Shown here: positions 38,043-41,050 of the stretch, piece after piece
How the letters are laid out: every line of letters starts with the position of its first letter
Numbering within the stretch: the stretch's first letter is position 1
From: Ignavibacteria bacterium UBA5771
GTDB lineage: Bacteria > Bacteroidota > Ignavibacteria > Kapaibacteriales > UBA2268
Length of the DNA stretch: 41,050 bases
Assembly (NCBI GenBank): GCA_002418685.1
Contig: DIEP01000018.1
Coordinates: 1-41,050, forward strand
Reading direction: 5' to 3'
Program-made: the position numbers and the translations under genes
Notes under the pieces: generated by a model
Database searches by the model: none
Seen by the model: only the letters and a program-made list of their open reading frames with translations
What the model was told of the DNA's origin: nothing

Positions 38043-39243
38043 TACTTCTATTTTGTTTTGAACTAGATTTTGACGATTTTACAAATTTCGAAGGTCTGCC
38101 TTGCGAACTTCTCCTATCTTGGGAATCTCTGCTGTCGCGTGAACCTCTCCTATCTTGGGAATCTCTACTGTCGCGTGAACCTCTTCTATCTTGGAAATCT
38201 CTGCTGTCGCGTGATCCTCTCCTTTCAGATGAACTTCTGCGGCTTGATTCATCTGCTTTTTTAAATTGCATTTTGGAATCTTCACCCTCTCCTCCTTTAA
38301 ATCGAGTGATTGGGCGGGGATTTCTGCTTCGCGATGAGTCGCGGTCTGAATAAGCATGGCGGGTTCCAAACACTTTTTGGTCTCCACCTTCTCGGTTGTC
38401 TCTCCTCCTATCTCCTTCAGATCTACCACTTGTTCGTGGTCGGAATTGTCTGCCTTCTCTTTCTGAACTTGAATGGCGGATATTAAATACTTTCCGATCC
38501 CCACTTTCGCTTGCTATAGGGAATGTTTTAAGTTCGTGTTTGGCACCTTCAAAAACTATCACATACTCGACTTTCATTTTATGGTCCTTGAACTTTTCGT
38601 AAAGTTCAGCGAAAGTGCCGCGTTGATGTGTCTCCGAAGAAAGTGTTAAATTCATACCAATATATGCATTTCTATCAGGTATAACGTCTGCCAAAGATTT
38701 AAGTAATAATTTCATACGATAGGGCGTATCCATCACTATCACAGTACGTGGTTCGTGTGCAAGAAACGTGATTTGCTTTCTGCGTTCATCATCTGTCCTA
38801 CTTAAAAATCCCGCATAAAGAAATTGATTAGTTGTAAATCCGCTGCAAATCAAAGCGGAAAGTATCGAACTTGCTCCCGGTATTGGAGATATAGTAATAC
38901 CCTCATTTATGCAGGCACGAACAAGTTGGAACCCTGGATCAGCAACCACCGGTGTGCCATCGTCAGGCATTAATGCAATGTTCTTGCCTTCTTTTAATAA
39001 AGCTATTATCTCGGGAACTTTTTCAGCTTCATTATGTTCATTTAATGCATCAATCGGCTTATCAAGTCGTAATTGATACAGATGTTGTGCAGTTATTTTC
39101 ATTTCTTCGCCAAGCACAAGGTCTACTTTCTGAAGAACGTCCGATGCACGAAATGTAAAATCCTTATTATTGCCAATTGGAGAAGAAATAAGGTAGAGCG
39201 TTCCGCTCTTTTGTTTTTGATTAGTCTCTCTGTTGTCTTCCAT
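38017..39243 (-). CDS. rsmI: 16S rRNA (cytidine1402-2'-O)-methyltransferase RsmI with ~170-aa Arg/Ser/Asp/Gly-rich C-terminal extension
   Basis: GTLYLISSPIGNNKDFTFRASDVLQKVDLVLGE and DDGTPVVADPGFQLV (tetrapyrrole-methylase fold of RsmI) in the first ~240 aa. The tail carries RRGSRDSRDSQD repeats. Confidence 0.85.
   Translation of the reverse strand: MEDNRETNQKQKSGTLYLISSPIGNNKDFTFRASDVLQKVDLVLGEEMKITAQHLYQLRLDKPIDALNEHNEAEKVPEIIALLKEGKNIALMPDDGTPVVADPGFQLVRACINEGITISPIPGASSILSALICSGFTTNQFLYAGFLSRTDDERRKQITFLAHEPRTVIVMDTPYRMKLLLKSLADVIPDRNAYIGMNLTLSSETHQRGTFAELYEKFKDHKMKVEYVIVFEGAKHELKTFPIASESGDRKVFNIRHSSSEREGRQFRPRTSGRSEGDRRRDNREGGDQKVFGTRHAYSDRDSSRSRNPRPITRFKGGEGEDSKMQFKKADESSRRSSSERRGSRDSRDFQDRRGSRDSRDSQDRRGSRDSRDSQDRRSSQGRPSKFVKSSKSSSKQNRSSGKKFTKR
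38105..38225 (-). repeat. 36-nt in-frame tandem repeat (3 full copies plus a partial one) encoding RRGSRDSRD(S/F)QD
   Basis: 38105-38140, 38141-38176 and 38177-38212 are near-identical (GAACYTCTYCTATCTTGGRAATCTCTRCTGTCGCGT). A diverged fourth unit follows. Confidence 0.9.
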
Positions 39244-41050
39244 TTATTATATTATTGAATGTAATTGCTTCGTAATAATCTGGTTGTAATTTTATCGCCC
39301 AGTCTATCATTGTTTGGGCTTGTTCAGGATAGCCAAGATTATAATAAGCAATTGAAGATCCGTAACATGCCTCGGCATTCTCAGGGTTTTCCTTTAAAGC
39401 AAGTTCATAGACGTCAAGAGCCTCAAAATAATTTTCTTTAGTCGATAAAAATAAATTCCCCGTCAAAACAAGCAAGTCATCCAAACTGAATCCAAGTGTG
39501 GAACTGAATTTTTCCAATTTCCAATTATCAAGCAAAAAAGTAGTAATTTCAAATCCTTCAGTAGAATTATTGGTTAAATATGCCATTTGGCATTTTATAA
39601 ATTGCAAATCGTAATCTTCAGAATAATAATTTTTATATTCTTCGATTAAACTCTTTGCTTTTTCAAAATTTTGAGTAAATATTTTCAATTGAATTATTCT
39701 TTTGAAAATATGTTTTTTATAAATTTCATTTGCAAAATTATTTGACAATAAATTTTCAAAAATTTGCTCAGATTTTTCAAATTCATCATTTGAAAAAAGG
39801 TATTCTGCCCTTCCTAAATCAATAAAATCGTCATTATATTCTGGCAAGCGGTTGTCAGCGGCATTGGCAAGACTTGTTGAGCAAAGCTCATCAAGTAGCG
39901 AAAGTAATTTCAAAGTGGAACGTTTCCAATTCCAAAATTTCCTTGCATAAGCCGATGCCTGCAATCCTTTTGATAGTCTTACAGATGGCGTTTTATAAAT
40001 TGATTTTAGAATTTCCTCCAAATCTTCTGCATCCGGTTCAAGCAGAAAAGCTTCACCCGTCAATTGCTTCCCATCAAGCACATTGCCAATAGATTTCAGC
40101 CCTGCTTCGATTTTCCAAGAAAATTCATCCAACACAAAATCTTCTGTTGCGCCTCCATTGGTCACTACAACAGGTAATCCGCAAGCCATTGCTTCAAGCG
40201 TTGGCAGTGAGAACCCCTCCCCGCGATAAGGAGAAACAAACACATCGCAGCTGCGATAAAGTGATGCCATCTCTTGCTCACTGAGATAGTCTTTTATATA
40301 AATTATCTCGGGAGAGTGAGAATTTCTTTGAATATCTCTTATTAATTCTTCCGCTGTCTGCCCTTTATAAAAAGTATCGCCCCCAATATCTTTGATAATA
40401 AGGCACACATCATCATCGTTTGAAAATGCTTTTATATATGATTGCAATAATATATCAATCCCTTTGCGGTAAATCGTCCCGCCGACATAAAGAAATTTCA
40501 ATTTTTTATTCGTTTTCAGTGGATATGTATTTCCGTTCGGAGTGAAAAGTTTAGGGTCAATTCCATTCGGAACGACCTGCACTTTATTAAAATCAATGCC
40601 CGATTCTATCATACATTGCCGCGAATAATTAGAAGGAGTCCAAACCTGGTCAGCGTTCCGGAAAATCTCAGCGATTTCTTTTGTTAATTGCGAAAATTCC
40701 CATGGTTGCATAATTATCCATTTGGCACCAGCTGGAGGTTGTGCTTTTGGGGGCCATTGATGTCTTATCCAGACGTATGGCAGATGACTGATTTCTTGAG
40801 ATACTTCGGGCTTATAGCGAATGTCATTTTGCGCCAGCTTTTTATATTTTTCAGAAATTTCAAAAGAAAATTGATCAGGCTCATAAGGGACAATCGTGAG
40901 ATTTGCAACGCCAGCATCAATAATGTTCGAGCATTCCTCGCGATTTATTAAAGCAAGTGAGTGATACACAAATTGTGAGCCTTCCCAAACGATGTTCAAT
41001 TGTGGAATTTGCCCTTCAATATTCAATTGAGATGAATTATCCTCTGCTTT
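39221..41050 (-). CDS. GT-B (GT4-like) glycosyltransferase fused to C-terminal TPR repeats; 5' end possibly outside the window
   Basis: GEGFSLPTLEAMACGLPVVVTNGGATEDF GT4 block. The C-terminal ~200 aa have TPR-like repeats (ALDVYELALKENPENAEACYGSSIAYYNLGYPEQA). The frame stays open to the window edge and the track start at 41026 is a TTG. Confidence 0.7.
   Translation of the reverse strand, partial: KAEDNSSQLNIEGQIPQLNIVWEGSQFVYHSLALINREECSNIIDAGVANLTIVPYEPDQFSFEISEKYKKLAQNDIRYKPEVSQEISHLPYVWIRHQWPPKAQPPAGAKWIIMQPWEFSQLTKEIAEIFRNADQVWTPSNYSRQCMIESGIDFNKVQVVPNGIDPKLFTPNGNTYPLKTNKKLKFLYVGGTIYRKGIDILLQSYIKAFSNDDDVCLIIKDIGGDTFYKGQTAEELIRDIQRNSHSPEIIYIKDYLSEQEMASLYRSCDVFVSPYRGEGFSLPTLEAMACGLPVVVTNGGATEDFVLDEFSWKIEAGLKSIGNVLDGKQLTGEAFLLEPDAEDLEEILKSIYKTPSVRLSKGLQASAYARKFWNWKRSTLKLLSLLDELCSTSLANAADNRLPEYNDDFIDLGRAEYLFSNDEFEKSEQIFENLLSNNFANEIYKKHIFKRIIQLKIFTQNFEKAKSLIEEYKNYYSEDYDLQFIKCQMAYLTNNSTEGFEITTFLLDNWKLEKFSSTLGFSLDDLLVLTGNLFLSTKENYFEALDVYELALKENPENAEACYGSSIAYYNLGYPEQAQTMIDWAIKLQPDYYEAITFNNIINGRQQRD

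Noticed and set aside
38105-38225. Regularly spaced 36-nt direct repeats that could superficially suggest a CRISPR-like array.
   Set aside because: The repeats are contiguous with no spacers. They are in frame inside the rsmI ORF and encode a 12-aa peptide repeat. No cas genes are present.
37979-38504. Track ORFs 37979-38353 (+), 38070-38264 (+) and 38079-38504 (-) overlapping the rsmI tail.
   Set aside because: The tandem-repeat, low-complexity DNA stays open in several frames, and the products are repetitive nonsense (LLSWESLLSREP...). The frame continuous with the RsmI domain is the credible one.

Overview
AT-rich chromosomal segment, probably from an FCB-superphylum bacterium (Ignavibacteriota/Bacteroidota-like), since several secreted proteins end in Por-type T9SS C-terminal sorting domains. 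I count about 37 protein genes plus tRNA-Thr(UGU) and tRNA-Gln(CUG). Most are housekeeping or central-metabolism genes: glgA (3' fragment), mtaB, clpP-clpX, an aspartate aminotransferase coupled to pckA, rnhA, trxA, pterin-4a-carbinolamine dehydratase, prfB (needs the classic +1 frameshift that the ORF track splits), gpmA, ppx/gppA, pfkA, rlpA, rsmI, an MsbA-like ABC exporter, two aspartokinase-fold genes, and several glycosyltransferases. The accessory-looking part is 23.1-34 kb. It holds a CRTAC1/ASPIC-like FG-GAP protein with a T9SS tail, a cohesin-like T9SS protein next to an 808-aa protein with a C-terminal beta-barrel, and a repeat-rich lipoprotein coupled to an M16 peptidase. I saw no rRNA, CRISPR array, transposase, integrase, phage gene or recognisable defence system, and I cannot honestly name a clear new system here. 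The best candidates for follow-up are: (i) the passenger-plus-barrel protein and its T9SS-tailed neighbour; (ii) a catalytically degenerate aspartokinase paralogue; (iii) RsmI with a ~170-aa Arg/Ser/Asp-rich tail encoded by 36-nt tandem repeats; (iv) a short structured intergenic repeat family (AGATTGC-N19-GCAATGAC) at four or more loci, with compensatory base changes. All domain calls come from motif recognition by eye and need HMM or structure confirmation.
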